The translations under genes were made by a program, and so were the position numbers. This document shows positions 29,790 through 39,748 of a DNA stretch of 64,000 nt, one piece after another. The DNA comes from Candidatus Culexmicrobium cathedralense (GTDB lineage: Archaea; Thermoproteota; Methanomethylicia; Culexarchaeales; Culexmicrobiaceae): assembly GCA_025061115.1 (NCBI GenBank), contig JANZKC010000004.1, positions 135,171-199,170 on the forward strand, in the 5' to 3' direction. Below the pieces are notes generated by a model. It was not told the origin of the DNA. It did not search any database and saw only the letters and a list, made by a program, of their open reading frames with translations. The number at the start of each line of letters is the position of its first letter. The first letter of the stretch is position 1.

Positions 29790-31157
29790 ATGTCAAGCCT
29801 AAGTGAATTGGCTGAAAAAATAATATCCAAACTCGATATGAGGGGAGCTGATGAAGTAGAATTCTACGGATTGAAGAGAAAGCTCATACAGGCCAGCATA
29901 TCCGACAGCAAAATAATCCAGATAACGGAGAAATCAATCAACAGTTACGGAGTGAGAATAGCTATAGGTAAGAGGATCAGCTCATACAGCTCCGAAGATC
30001 TAAGCCCAACCAGCATCGACAAGATGATAGATAGAATGATAAGGATAGCCAAAGTATCGCGGGAAGACAAGCATTGGAAGGGATTTGCAAGGGGATATTC
30101 AATGGGGCCAGAAACAGAAGTCTTCGACGAAAAAATCGTAAAGATAAGCCATGAAGAACTAGTGGAACTAATAAGCAGTGCAATCGAACTCTCAATAAGC
30201 TCAGCGAAGAAGGCCGGAGCAAGCGAGGCAAGCGTAACCGGAGGCAACATAAACACTACGATAGATGAGATAATGATAGCCAACAGCCACGGCGAAGAAA
30301 TCTCAGGAAAAGTAACAGCCTTCAACCTATACTACTACGTGAAATCGAGCAAGAACGGGAAGGAGTCAACATACAATGCAATAATAACCCAAAGAAACCT
30401 GGATGAGAAGAAGATAATGGAGGAAGCTGAGAGAGCTGGAGAACGCTCCGTAAAATTCATGAATGTAAAATCGATCAAAAGCGGAAAGTACCAGATCCTC
30501 TTCATGCCCAAAATCATGGGCTCAATAATAGGCGTCGCATTAGCCCCAGCATTCTCCGCCCTCAACATCCAGCAGAACAGAAGCCCCCTAAAAGGCAAGC
30601 TTGGAAAAGAGGTACTATCACCACAGATAACAATAGTCGACGACCCATACATACCATGGGGCTACGGATCAAGAAACTTCGACGACGAAGGAATAGCCAC
30701 AACAAAGAAGAGAACAGTAACTGATGGCATTCTAAAATCAATACTCTACGACTACTACACAGCCTCACGCGAAAACAAGTCATCCACAGGAAACGGAGTG
30801 AGGAGATCTCTCGCCGCAAACCCACAGCCAACATTCATAAATCTAATAGTAGAAACGAAGGATAAGCTCAGCATGGACGAGCTAATTAGTAACATTAAGA
30901 GGGGAATAATAGTATACGACACCATCGGCCAATGGATGTCAAATCCAGTAAACGGCGGAGTACAAGCAACAATCACCCACGGACTATACATTGAAAATGG
31001 AGAAATTAAACACGCAGTGAAAGGAGCAGTGCTAGGTGGAAACATCTACAAAATGCTGAAAGAAAACTATGTGGGAGCAAGCAAAACAAAAGAAAATATA
31101 GAAAACATATACTCGCCAGCCATCCTAACAAGCGAAGTAGATGTAGCAGGAGAATAA
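29790..31157 (+). CDS. pmbA: TldE/PmbA family protein
   Basis: FDDEG, STGNG, NPVNG; no HExxH; directly follows tldD. Confidence 0.9.
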   Translation: MSSLSELAEKIISKLDMRGADEVEFYGLKRKLIQASISDSKIIQITEKSINSYGVRIAIGKRISSYSSEDLSPTSIDKMIDRMIRIAKVSREDKHWKGFARGYSMGPETEVFDEKIVKISHEELVELISSAIELSISSAKKAGASEASVTGGNINTTIDEIMIANSHGEEISGKVTAFNLYYYVKSSKNGKESTYNAIITQRNLDEKKIMEEAERAGERSVKFMNVKSIKSGKYQILFMPKIMGSIIGVALAPAFSALNIQQNRSPLKGKLGKEVLSPQITIVDDPYIPWGYGSRNFDDEGIATTKKRTVTDGILKSILYDYYTASRENKSSTGNGVRRSLAANPQPTFINLIVETKDKLSMDELISNIKRGIIVYDTIGQWMSNPVNGGVQATITHGLYIENGEIKHAVKGAVLGGNIYKMLKENYVGASKTKENIENIYSPAILTSEVDVAGE

Positions 31158-31379
31158 CCTACCAATACAATTCCACTTTAAAACCATTAACATCAATAAC
31201 ATAGCTTTCCCAAGCATTTTCTAACAATTAAACATCAAAATCAAAATAACATTAAGAATTTCAACAAAACACCACCCCATTAAGAACTAATATAACCCCC
31301 TAAACCACTTGAAGATGTTGAGTTGACTCAGATGACATAACAAGCTCATCACCAATTCTCTTAACCTCTCACTCGGCTT

Positions 31380-31559
31380 TCACATGATGCGACTGGACGG
31401 GTTGTTGTTGCAGCCAATCGGCACCATTGCAGAAACTTTCCATCATTTCCATCAGCCCATCGAGGTTCTGCAATGATGATTCATGATAAATTATTTAGCA
31501 GAGAAATTGGAAATACTGAAAACGATAACCCCCATAAATAGGAGATATATAAGCTTTCA
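31380..31559 (+). promoter_or_regulatory. CRISPR leader
   Basis: Non-coding, abuts the first intact repeat, TATA-like GATATATAAG near the repeat; 10-bp inverted repeat CATTGCAGAA (31425-34) / TTCTGCAATG (31466-75). Confidence 0.7.
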
Positions 31560-32572
31560 GAATCTCATTAAAAGAGAATTGAAAGGAGGAGATTCTCACT
31601 CTAGCTCAGAAGTACTTCTCTCTCAGAATCTCATTAAAAGAGAATTGAAAGGTGGTAGACTATGGGAACAGATGTACAGTCTAACTCAGTATGAATCTCA
31701 TTAAAAGAGAATTGAAAGATAGACATAGACCTCACGCCTCAAGACGAAGACGACGAGAGAATCTCATTAAAAGAGAATTGAAAGACGTATTCCTACAAGC
31801 AGGTTCACTAGCATATAACGACTTCGAATCTCATTAAAAGAGAATTGAAAGTTCTTTGAGGCGGGACCACAATGCCAAGACTTTGTACTGTAAGAATCTC
31901 ATTAAAAGAGAATTGAAAGATAAGTACTTCCACCAAGTCCATATCTGTTGTCTGTCTCAGAATCTCATTAAAAGAGAATTGAAAGTTCCAAAATTTTGCG
32001 AGAATAAATATACGCGAAGAACGAATCTCATTAAAAGAGAATTGAAAGTGAAGCCCATCGCTCTTAATCTGTTGATAGACTTTTCAACGAATCTCATTAA
32101 AAGAGAATTGAAAGAAACTGAAGCAACAGCGCTACAACAGCCACTCCAATCAAGAATCTCATTAAAAGAGAATTGAAAGGTAGCTCAACTCTTTCCAGCT
32201 GTACTTTCCATCTAATGCAGAATCTCATTAAAAGAGAATTGAAAGCAAAAAATGAGGGGAACTTGGGTTGAAGATTAATCAGGAATCTCATTAAAAGAGA
32301 ATTGAAAGAAGAAATCAAACCATGAACCCGACAAAGCCCCAAACCACTAAAGAATCTCATTAAAAGAGAATTGAAAGCTATTTCTTCAGCTAATTCCTGT
32401 TCAAGCGGAAAAACTACGAATCTCATTAAAAGAGAATTGAAAGCAAACTTGATTATACCAGCCAATCACGTTGTCAATGTGAATCTCATTAAAAGAGAAT
32501 TGAAAGAACATAATAACATGAACATGCATAAGTCCGGTCTTTGTGAGAATCTCATTAAAAGAGAATTAATAG
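31560..32572 (+). CRISPR. CRISPR array: 16 repeats (GAATCTCATTAAAAGAGAATTGAAAG, 26 bp), 15 spacers of 37-43 bp
   Basis: Repeats start at 31560, 31626, 31693, 31759, 31826, 31894, 31960, 32023, 32089, 32154, 32220, 32283, 32352, 32418, 32481 and 32547 (last degenerate, ..ATTAATAG); the ATTGAAAG 3' handle and degenerate trailer give the orientation. Confidence 0.98.
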
Positions 32573-32628
32573 GGATTATTATAAGGGTTTGAATTAAAAA
32601 TATATTTGAGCTTAATGTTTTTTATTGT

Positions 32629-32799
32629 GTGGAAAAAATTGCGGTCATCATTTTGATTGCTATATTGATTTTTGCAGTTATTAATTTTCAATTTGCTAGT
32701 GGTCTTTTCCTTTTAACGGTTATTATGCTCGCAATTCTTGCCATTTTATATGAGAGGAATTTGAAGAGGGGGAAGGGTGAAGTTTATGATTTTGGTTAG
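32629..32799 (+). CDS. putative 56-aa two-TM membrane protein (absent from ORF track)
   Basis: Hand translation from GTG: MEKIAVIILIAILIFAVINFQFASGLFLLTVIMLAILAILYERNLKRGKGEVYDFG*. Confidence 0.4.
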   Translation: MEKIAVIILIAILIFAVINFQFASGLFLLTVIMLAILAILYERNLKRGKGEVYDFG

Positions 32800-32971
32800 C
32801 TGTTTATGCCGCGTCTAATTTGGTGTGATGAGTTTCATTTAGGATTATTGGCTTTTTGTTTTGGTTGTGTGGTGTAGTCCTCCCTTAGATAATAGTAGGA
32901 TCTTGTGGTGCTTATGCTTGACTAGCATTAGAGTTCCTAACAATTGGAAGTAGTGCTTTTCTCTTAATGAT

Positions 32972-33493
32972 TCATAACTCCTCGGATTCTTTCTTGACAT
33001 TTACCATTCCTCCAGCGTGCTTTTCGGCTAGCTCTAGTATTCTTTGCTTCTCAGCTTTTGGCAGTGTTTGCCAATAGTTTGACCCTATAATGCTTTCTAC
33101 TAGGTTTTGGAACGACCTTGCATCGTAGGTTAGGAGGGTTTTTATATTGAGCTCCCTTAATGTAGCTGCTGTCGTTGCGTCGGTGTAGCTGAATCCTTTT
33201 CTGTTGATGTTCTGCTTGAATAATTCTAGCGCTTTTCTCTCCATTTCCTCGTCGACGTGAACTACTTGTATGGCCTTGCTTTCTATGAGGGCTTCTGCGA
33301 ATGCTTTTGCTGTTGTTGGCGATATTCGGTATTTGAGTATGGTGAGTGTTTCGTCTAGTATGTGGTTTGTAATGTAGGGTTTGCCCCACTTGCCTTCTAG
33401 CGCGTGAACTAGTATTGCCAGCGAGTCTAGGTGGTGTACGTCTCTCAGGCTGTAATATGCGAAGAATATTCCTGTGTCTATGATTGCGGTCAA
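32972..33493 (-). CDS. vapC: PIN-domain VapC toxin
   Basis: IIDTGIF, ILDETLT, FSYTDAT, LLTYD. Confidence 0.9.
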   Translation of the reverse strand: MTAIIDTGIFFAYYSLRDVHHLDSLAILVHALEGKWGKPYITNHILDETLTILKYRISPTTAKAFAEALIESKAIQVVHVDEEMERKALELFKQNINRKGFSYTDATTAATLRELNIKTLLTYDARSFQNLVESIIGSNYWQTLPKAEKQRILELAEKHAGGMVNVKKESEEL

Positions 33494-33750
33494 GTTTCTT
33501 CACCGTACAGGTACTTTTCTACTTCTTCAGCGTTTGTTTCTCCGATGTCTCTTGCGTGTTTTAGCGTTTCAAGTATGGCTGCCGGATTTCCGCTGTACTT
33601 GCTTAGCTCCTTCTCTGCAATGGTTATCGCATATCTCAACGCGTCGATTATTTTCTTTGTTTCTAGGAGCTTGGCCAGCCTTTTAAGCCTGTCTCGGTCT
33701 TCGACTGTTATCCTAATGGTGGTGTACTTCATGGCTGTCTCCCTACTCAA
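33490..33750 (-). CDS. vapB: VapB-type antitoxin (RHH-like)
   Basis: YTTIRIT..DRLKRLA N-terminus, acidic EEVEKYLYG tail; overlaps vapC. Confidence 0.8.
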   Translation of the reverse strand: MSRETAMKYTTIRITVEDRDRLKRLAKLLETKKIIDALRYAITIAEKELSKYSGNPAAILETLKHARDIGETNAEEVEKYLYGEET

Positions 33751-33768
33751 TTAGCTGCTCTAACTCAT

Positions 33769-33802
33769 AAATATTACTACATAACTACATGTAGTAATAT
33801 TT
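33769..33802. promoter_or_regulatory. perfect 14-bp inverted repeat, likely TA autoregulatory operator
   Basis: AAATATTACTACAT-aactac-ATGTAGTAATATTT immediately upstream of vapB. Confidence 0.75.
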
Positions 33803-33959
33803 GGCTTCCTATGTGGTGTGGTGCTTGCTATTGAATGCGGAGTTGGGCGTTTAAATATTACTTTGTACGCCGTCAACGAGCATGCATTGGTGAGCTATGA
33901 TTTATTGTTTTATGCGCGCGTGCTGATTGTTGGTGATGCAAACTTATTGCAACTCCGCG

Positions 33960-34068
33960 GTGCCATTGCAGAATTTTCGTCATTTCCATTAGCCCATGTA
34001 GGTTCTGCGATGATGGTTCTGGAGATACATGCGCTCAGGAGAGTCTCATTTTAAAGGAGGATTGAAAG
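33960..34068 (+). repeat. decayed copy of the CRISPR leader plus one degenerate repeat
   Basis: 33963-34019 aligns with 31424-31482; GGAGATACAT matches GGAGATATAT; 34041-34068 GAGTCTCATTTTAAAGGAGGATTGAAAG resembles the array repeat. Confidence 0.75.
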
Positions 34069-34114
34069 TAGGGGCATCGTCAAAATACAGTAGTAATGTT
34101 GGTGGAGCAACGTG

Positions 34115-35446
34115 CTAGCCTAATAGCTTTAAAGCTAATTTCTCGTAGAATTTCGCAGTTGTGTACAGTGAGTCTATAACGACATACTCATTGGGGCCGT
34201 GAACGTTTCCTCCTAGGGGTCCGAAATCTATGCACTTAACGCCTATGGGTGCAAAGTACCTTGAGTCTGATGCTCCAGCGCCCTCCATAGTTTTTGACTC
34301 AACTCCTAGCTCTTTGAGAATGTTAAGCGAATGTATCACTATGTCTTCGTTCTTGTCGGTATATAGGTAACCTATTCCGCCTCGTATTTCAACTTCAGCT
34401 TCAGGAATGTTTTCAAGTACCGCTTCCTTTATGGGAGTTAAATCTTCCTTGTTGATGGTCATGGCTCTTACATCTACAACTAATCTGTGGAAGCCATCCT
34501 CCTCCACGTATATGTTGGGTGTTATTGAAACTCCATAATCGCTATACTTCTCGGGTTTGACTGGAGATCTTACGATTGGAATTATTGTTCTTATTAACTG
34601 GGTTAATCCCTCATCCACCGTGTATTCCTCTCCTTCACCCTTCTCAACGGCTTTTAGCTCAATCCAGCTTGGAATGACGTTGGATTTGATGAAGCCGCCC
34701 TTAACTGATGCTACCATTACATTGGGATGGTACATGAGGTATTCTGAGGCAGCAATGAGTGGATGTGTATCTACTCCTGGCATGAAGTAGGCTGCGTGCC
34801 TAGTCTCATATACAGGCGTTTTAACTTCGAATCTCTTCTCAACTATTTTGCCGGTAATCCTAACCTTTTTACTTGGAACCTTAATTCGAACGCTGAAGCC
34901 GCATCTCCTTCTAATTATAACCATCATTCCATGGCCATCGCAATTAACCAAGTAGTCAGGCTTCAAATTCGACTTAACCAGTCTATCCCTAATTACTGCT
35001 GCTCCTCTCCTGCCTCCAACCTCTTCATCGCCAGTGAAGGCGAATAGGACAGTTCCATTAAAACTTCGTTCAACTAGGTTGCTGAGCATAGCCATTATTG
35101 CCGCAACATTACCTTTATCATCAACTGAACCTCGACCATAGCCCTTACCGTCAACAATAGTTAGTTTGAATGGAGGATAGCTCCACTGGGAGGGGTTGGC
35201 TGGAACCGTGTCGAAGTGCGCCATGAATAGCATTGCTGGCCTTCCACTTCCAATTTTTCCGAAAACTGAGTAATAGCCGTCAACCTCTATAATATCGCTT
35301 TCAACGCCAATTCCCCGAATTTTTTCTTGAATGTACTTTGCAGCTTCAATGCTGGGCTTAACGCCTTCCCCTGGGTTGTTGACTGACTTTATTTCAACTA
35401 GCTCCTCAAGAATCTTCAGTGGGTCTAGACCCATGATTTCACCCAA
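34115..35446 (-). CDS. M20/M25/M40 metallopeptidase (DapE/ArgE-like)
   Basis: AHFDTV, GRGSVDDKG, GDEEVGG, GASDSR, HGPNE. Confidence 0.92.
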   Translation of the reverse strand: MGEIMGLDPLKILEELVEIKSVNNPGEGVKPSIEAAKYIQEKIRGIGVESDIIEVDGYYSVFGKIGSGRPAMLFMAHFDTVPANPSQWSYPPFKLTIVDGKGYGRGSVDDKGNVAAIMAMLSNLVERSFNGTVLFAFTGDEEVGGRRGAAVIRDRLVKSNLKPDYLVNCDGHGMMVIIRRRCGFSVRIKVPSKKVRITGKIVEKRFEVKTPVYETRHAAYFMPGVDTHPLIAASEYLMYHPNVMVASVKGGFIKSNVIPSWIELKAVEKGEGEEYTVDEGLTQLIRTIIPIVRSPVKPEKYSDYGVSITPNIYVEEDGFHRLVVDVRAMTINKEDLTPIKEAVLENIPEAEVEIRGGIGYLYTDKNEDIVIHSLNILKELGVESKTMEGAGASDSRYFAPIGVKCIDFGPLGGNVHGPNEYVVIDSLYTTAKFYEKLALKLLG

Positions 35447-35723
35447 TGTAATTTAGGTGGAGTATGCCTAAAACAGTATTGATGGTGGGGTGGATTTGGT
35501 GGTAATGGCGCTTCCTGAAAGGTGGGGATGCGAGGAAATTTAGCGTAACTGCATTTTTCATTAAAATGGCACCATAATTTCTAGAGAGGTTTGAATGCTT
35601 TGAAGCCCCCATTCACCCATTGGAGTATTTGGAGATGGCCTTCTAATAATGTATTATTGAAGCTAAAGTCAAATTTGAGGTTAACATTAATTAAATATCA
35701 ACTCAGCATATACCTTATCTTAG

Positions 35724-37139
35724 GTGTTGGCGGTGAGTGCTGAGGAGAAATTAAAGTGCTTTGTTGAGAAAACTGCTCCTGAATGGATGAGTAAATATAG
35801 AATTCCAGGATTCAGCATTGCAATAATGAGGGATGACAAGATACTTTATGCTGAGGGCTTCGGTGCACGGAACGTTGAGCTAAACTTACCAGCAACACCT
35901 AACACCCTTTATGGTATAGGTTCATGCACAAAGTCTTTCGTTGCCCTTGCAGTTCTCCAGTTGGTAGAGAGGGGAAAGCTTAGTCTTGACGATCCTGCAA
36001 GCAAATACATACCGCTAAAGATTGGGCTTCCGGGAAAACCCATAACAATACATCATCTATTAACGCATTCCTCCGGCATACCCTCTCTAGGTACTTCAAC
36101 AATTGCTCTGCTTAGGGGCATAGGCATCGACCTAGGTGTGCCATTAAGCAGCGTTAACGATTTCTATAGGCATGTTAATGCTGCTCAAGATGAAATTGTT
36201 GATGAACCTGGAAAGAAGTTCTTCTATTTGAATGCAGGTTATAGAATGCTTGGCCATGTAATTCAGAAAGTCAGCGGCATGCCATTTCATGAATATATTG
36301 AAAAGAACATTTTAAGGCCATTGAAAATGGAGAGAACGACCTTCTCCAAGGAGGAGTTCATGAAGGATCCTGATAGAATCACGCCATATAGGCGAGGGGA
36401 GGATGGAAAGCTAATAGCTACAGAATTCCCGTACCCAGAAGTTAAAGTTAATCCTGAATTTTCATTTATGGCTGCAGCTGGAGGAATGATAAGCTCTGTG
36501 ATGGAGCTTACAAATTACCTGTCAATGAACATTAATAAGGGGAAGTTTGATGGCCTTGAACTTTTAAGTTCAGAGCTTATCGAGGAAATGCAGAAAATAC
36601 ATGTTGAGCGCCCGAGGACATATTATGGGAGGTACGGATACGGATATGGTTGGGGAGTGATGGAAGACTTTCTTGGAACAAAACTAGTCTCGCATGGAGG
36701 CTCAATTTTGGTCTCCACAGCTTACCTGGCTTTTCTACCTGAGTATAGGGTAGGGGTCGCCATGGCCTCTAACATAGCTGGATTTCCATATGCTCCCTTC
36801 GCCCAAGCAATCTTTGCAATCCTAATGGGGAAGGATCCTGAAAGGGATGTGCCCTTCTTCAGAATACAGAGGAAAATGGAATTGCTTTCAGGTTTATATC
36901 AGACCTATAGGGGGTTAAGTAAGGTTGAAGTTGTCAATAAGGGAGGAATGCTCTACTTAGTGCAAAAGGGATACATTTCAGAGATGACGGTCCCATTGAT
37001 TCCTGAGGATCCGTATATGGATTCCAATAAATTCTACATATACTCCAATGGCGTTAAGCAGCCGGTGGAATTTGTAATTGAAGGACCTAATAAGATTGAT
37101 TTGTTCATTGAGCGAAATCGCTATCACAAAGTAAGGTAA
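35724..37139 (+). CDS. beta-lactamase-like serine hydrolase/peptidase (Pab87-like)
   Basis: SCTK (SxxK), LLTHSSG, YLN (YxN), HGG; extra C-terminal domain. Confidence 0.9.
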   Translation: MLAVSAEEKLKCFVEKTAPEWMSKYRIPGFSIAIMRDDKILYAEGFGARNVELNLPATPNTLYGIGSCTKSFVALAVLQLVERGKLSLDDPASKYIPLKIGLPGKPITIHHLLTHSSGIPSLGTSTIALLRGIGIDLGVPLSSVNDFYRHVNAAQDEIVDEPGKKFFYLNAGYRMLGHVIQKVSGMPFHEYIEKNILRPLKMERTTFSKEEFMKDPDRITPYRRGEDGKLIATEFPYPEVKVNPEFSFMAAAGGMISSVMELTNYLSMNINKGKFDGLELLSSELIEEMQKIHVERPRTYYGRYGYGYGWGVMEDFLGTKLVSHGGSILVSTAYLAFLPEYRVGVAMASNIAGFPYAPFAQAIFAILMGKDPERDVPFFRIQRKMELLSGLYQTYRGLSKVEVVNKGGMLYLVQKGYISEMTVPLIPEDPYMDSNKFYIYSNGVKQPVEFVIEGPNKIDLFIERNRYHKVR

Positions 37140-37461
37140 AATTAGGTGGGACTTTAACAGCCAAAGCCGCGCTCAACTTTTTCCTCAACTACTTTTCAAT
37201 AGTTTTTATTAGCATCACTGCAATTGTTAGAGATTGTCGCGCCCAATTAGGAGCGACTGATCCTCGTTTAGGTTTATCGAACGTTTAATTGATTGTTAAG
37301 CTGGGCTGCAAGCTTGAAGGATGCTGCTATGACTTTAATGAGTGTAGGTCGAGGGAGCGAATTGCTCCCAGCGCCTTGCCGTCTTGTTGAGTGGCTTATA
37401 TGTTGGATGATGTTTTCTTGGTGATGTAGTTAGATTTATTTATTTTAATTATCTAGTTATT

Positions 37462-37704
37462 TTGGTGATATTGTTGAGTAGGCGTTATGTTACTATTTCT
37501 GTTCCTGAGGATGTTAAGAGGATTTTGGCGAGGGGTAAGGGTAGTGAGGATTGGGGTTCCTTTCTGCTTAGGATTTTTAGGGAGTATGAGCGGCTGCGTA
37601 GGTTGGAGGCTTTTAGGAGGTTAAGGGGCTTATTGTCTGAGGATGATTTGAGGCGGATTGAGGAGTCTGTTGGGGAGTTTAGGAGGAGTTTTAGGTTGGG
37701 GTGA
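37462..37704 (+). CDS. vapB: VapB antitoxin
   Basis: YVTISVPEDV..L RHH-like start; upstream of and overlapping a PIN ORF. Confidence 0.75.
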   Translation: MVILLSRRYVTISVPEDVKRILARGKGSEDWGSFLLRIFREYERLRRLEAFRRLRGLLSEDDLRRIEESVGEFRRSFRLG

Positions 37705-37708
37705 GCTT

Positions 37709-38068
37709 GTGGTTTTGTTTGATACTAGCGTGGTTGTTGATATGATTAGGAGTGGTGAGTATCGGTTTGGTAGGATTTCGATTATTTCTTTGATTGAGAT
37801 TTTGCGCGGAGTTGATGAGGATAAGCGAAGTAGCGTTAAGGGTTTGCTTGAGGAGGTTTTTGATGTCGTTGGTGTGAATAATAGTGTTATTGATGTTTAC
37901 TGCCGCCTGTATGATGAGTTGAGGAGAGCTGGCAGGTTGATTCCTGATGCTGATTTAATTATTGCTGCTACTGCAATTGCCTGTGATGAGGAGTTGGAGA
38001 GCTTTGATGAGCATTTCACTTGGCTTCGAGATTTGGGCTTAAAGTTGAGGTTTGGGCGGCGCCGGTAG
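37709..38068 (+). CDS. vapC: PIN-domain VapC toxin
   Basis: LFDTSVVVD, IEILRG, PDADLIIAATA, SFDEHF; GTG start at 37709 preferred. Confidence 0.88.
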   Translation: MVLFDTSVVVDMIRSGEYRFGRISIISLIEILRGVDEDKRSSVKGLLEEVFDVVGVNNSVIDVYCRLYDELRRAGRLIPDADLIIAATAIACDEELESFDEHFTWLRDLGLKLRFGRRR

Positions 38069-38168
38069 CTTTGCCAGTGTGGATTGGCTGTGTTTCCCTT
38101 TGATTTTCGTTGTGGCTTGGGCCTTCCGTTGCGGTAGTGATATTAGTTTTGGTCAGCAAGTTTTTTTG

Positions 38169-39272
38169 GTGAGTGAGTTGGCTGACGCGTTTAGGGTTAG
38201 GTTTGAGAGGATTGCTGGATTGTTGAGGGGTAGGGGTGTTGATGGCCTATTGCTTTTCCCCGGCGCTAACCTCTACTACTTCACTGGCTTTATGATTGGG
38301 CTTTCAGAGCGTCCTTCGGTGGCTGTGCTTCCCTTTGATGATGAGCCCGTCTTGATTGTTCCTGAGTTGGAGAGGGATTTGAGGGGTCAGAGGCCTTGGA
38401 TTAATTGCGTTGAGGTTTGGAGGGAGTGGGAGGATCCCTTTAGGTTGATTGCTAATGTTATGCGTAGGAGGGGTTTGGCTGAGGGTTTAGTTGGTGTTTG
38501 TGAGATGGCTCCTTGGGGTTGGGTTAGGAGGATTGGGAGGCTTCTTCCTAAGGTTGGGTTTGTTGATGTTTCCGATGCTATTAATTCCTTGAGGATGGTG
38601 AAGAGCGAATTTGAGGTTGCTAAGATTAGGGCTGCATGCAGGATTGTTGATAGGGCTGTTAAAGCTGGCTTTGAGTCTCTTGAGGAGGGGTTGACTGAGC
38701 TTGAGCTCAGCTCCATTATTGAGGGTGAAGCGAGGAGGCTTGGAGGCCGCCCATCCTTTTGCACTGTACTTTTTGGGGAGAGGGCTGCTCTTCCTCATGG
38801 ATCTCCAAGTGACCGAGAGTTGAGGAGAGGTGATGTTGTATTGGTGGATGCCGGCGTAATCGTGGATGGCTATCACTCCGACATTACTAGGACGGTTGTT
38901 TTTGGTGAGCCTAGTGGGAGGCAGAGGAGGATTTGGGAGGTCGTGTTTAATGCGAATAGGGCTGCAATTGAATACATTAGGCCTGGAGTCACGTGCGAGG
39001 ATGCCGACCGCGTGGCTAGGGAAATTATCATTCGAGCCGGCTTTGGAGAGCACTTTATTCATAGGTTGGGTCATGGAATTGGGTTGGAGGTTCATGAGCA
39101 TCCATATCTGGTTAGGGGTAATGGGCTTCGGCTGAAAGCTGGCATGACCTTCACCATTGAGCCAGGCATATACATTTCTGGCGAGCTTGGCGTTCGAATT
39201 GAGGATACGGTGCTCTGCACTTCAGGTGGCTGCGCATCGTTGACGATGCTGGAGCGCTCCATAACCATCTAA
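38169..39272 (+). CDS. Xaa-Pro peptidase (M24 family)
   Basis: LPHG, VDAG, SDITRT, HRLGHGIGLEVHE, TIEPGIY, GVRIED; GTG start at 38169 preferred. Confidence 0.93.
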   Translation: MSELADAFRVRFERIAGLLRGRGVDGLLLFPGANLYYFTGFMIGLSERPSVAVLPFDDEPVLIVPELERDLRGQRPWINCVEVWREWEDPFRLIANVMRRRGLAEGLVGVCEMAPWGWVRRIGRLLPKVGFVDVSDAINSLRMVKSEFEVAKIRAACRIVDRAVKAGFESLEEGLTELELSSIIEGEARRLGGRPSFCTVLFGERAALPHGSPSDRELRRGDVVLVDAGVIVDGYHSDITRTVVFGEPSGRQRRIWEVVFNANRAAIEYIRPGVTCEDADRVAREIIIRAGFGEHFIHRLGHGIGLEVHEHPYLVRGNGLRLKAGMTFTIEPGIYISGELGVRIEDTVLCTSGGCASLTMLERSITI

Positions 39273-39748
39273 AACCCGCCTACTGGAACTGCCCTGAAGC
39301 TCCAGGCTAATTCCTCGTTAATTGCCCATGTCTCCTTCAGCTTTTATTGAGAATCTGCTCCGATGAGCTTTTTCGTGGCTCTCTGGTTGGCCCGCTTACC
39401 CCGGGGTTGGAGGAGCTCTTATGCCCTTGAAGCTTCCGCGCTCCATCTTGCTTTCGCTAGCCCAGCTATTTGTTGATGGACTTCTGGATTGACTTGAAGC
39501 TAGAGCTACTTTAACTCTATGCCTTCACTTTACGGCTTCAAATGCCTTGCTGCTCTGACCTTTGTTGAACTTGGGTGCAGATGCTATAGTTAATATACTA
39601 TGTATATTACTGCATATGCCGTGAAGAGCAGTGTTGGACTTGTGTTCTTTAGGGCATTAATTGGATTTATGTTCCCATTCAAGCTACGTTTTCGAATTGG
39701 TGGATAAGCTTATTACGTGGTTTTTAGGCTAATGTTAATGGTGCTTTT

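Noticed and set aside
31586-32546. Self-targeting spacers
   Set aside because: No match to this window seen by eye; a proper alignment was not possible.
31483-32592. ORFs with repeated NLIKRELK / FNSLLMRF peptides
   Set aside because: Translations of the CRISPR repeats, not genes.
33818-34054. 78-aa ORF
   Set aside because: Overlaps the decayed leader/repeat; similarity to the main leader is at DNA level with indels.
39280-39740. Possible decayed gene or ncRNA between the prolidase and the next ORF
   Set aside because: Short interrupted frames with no recognisable motif or convincing structure.
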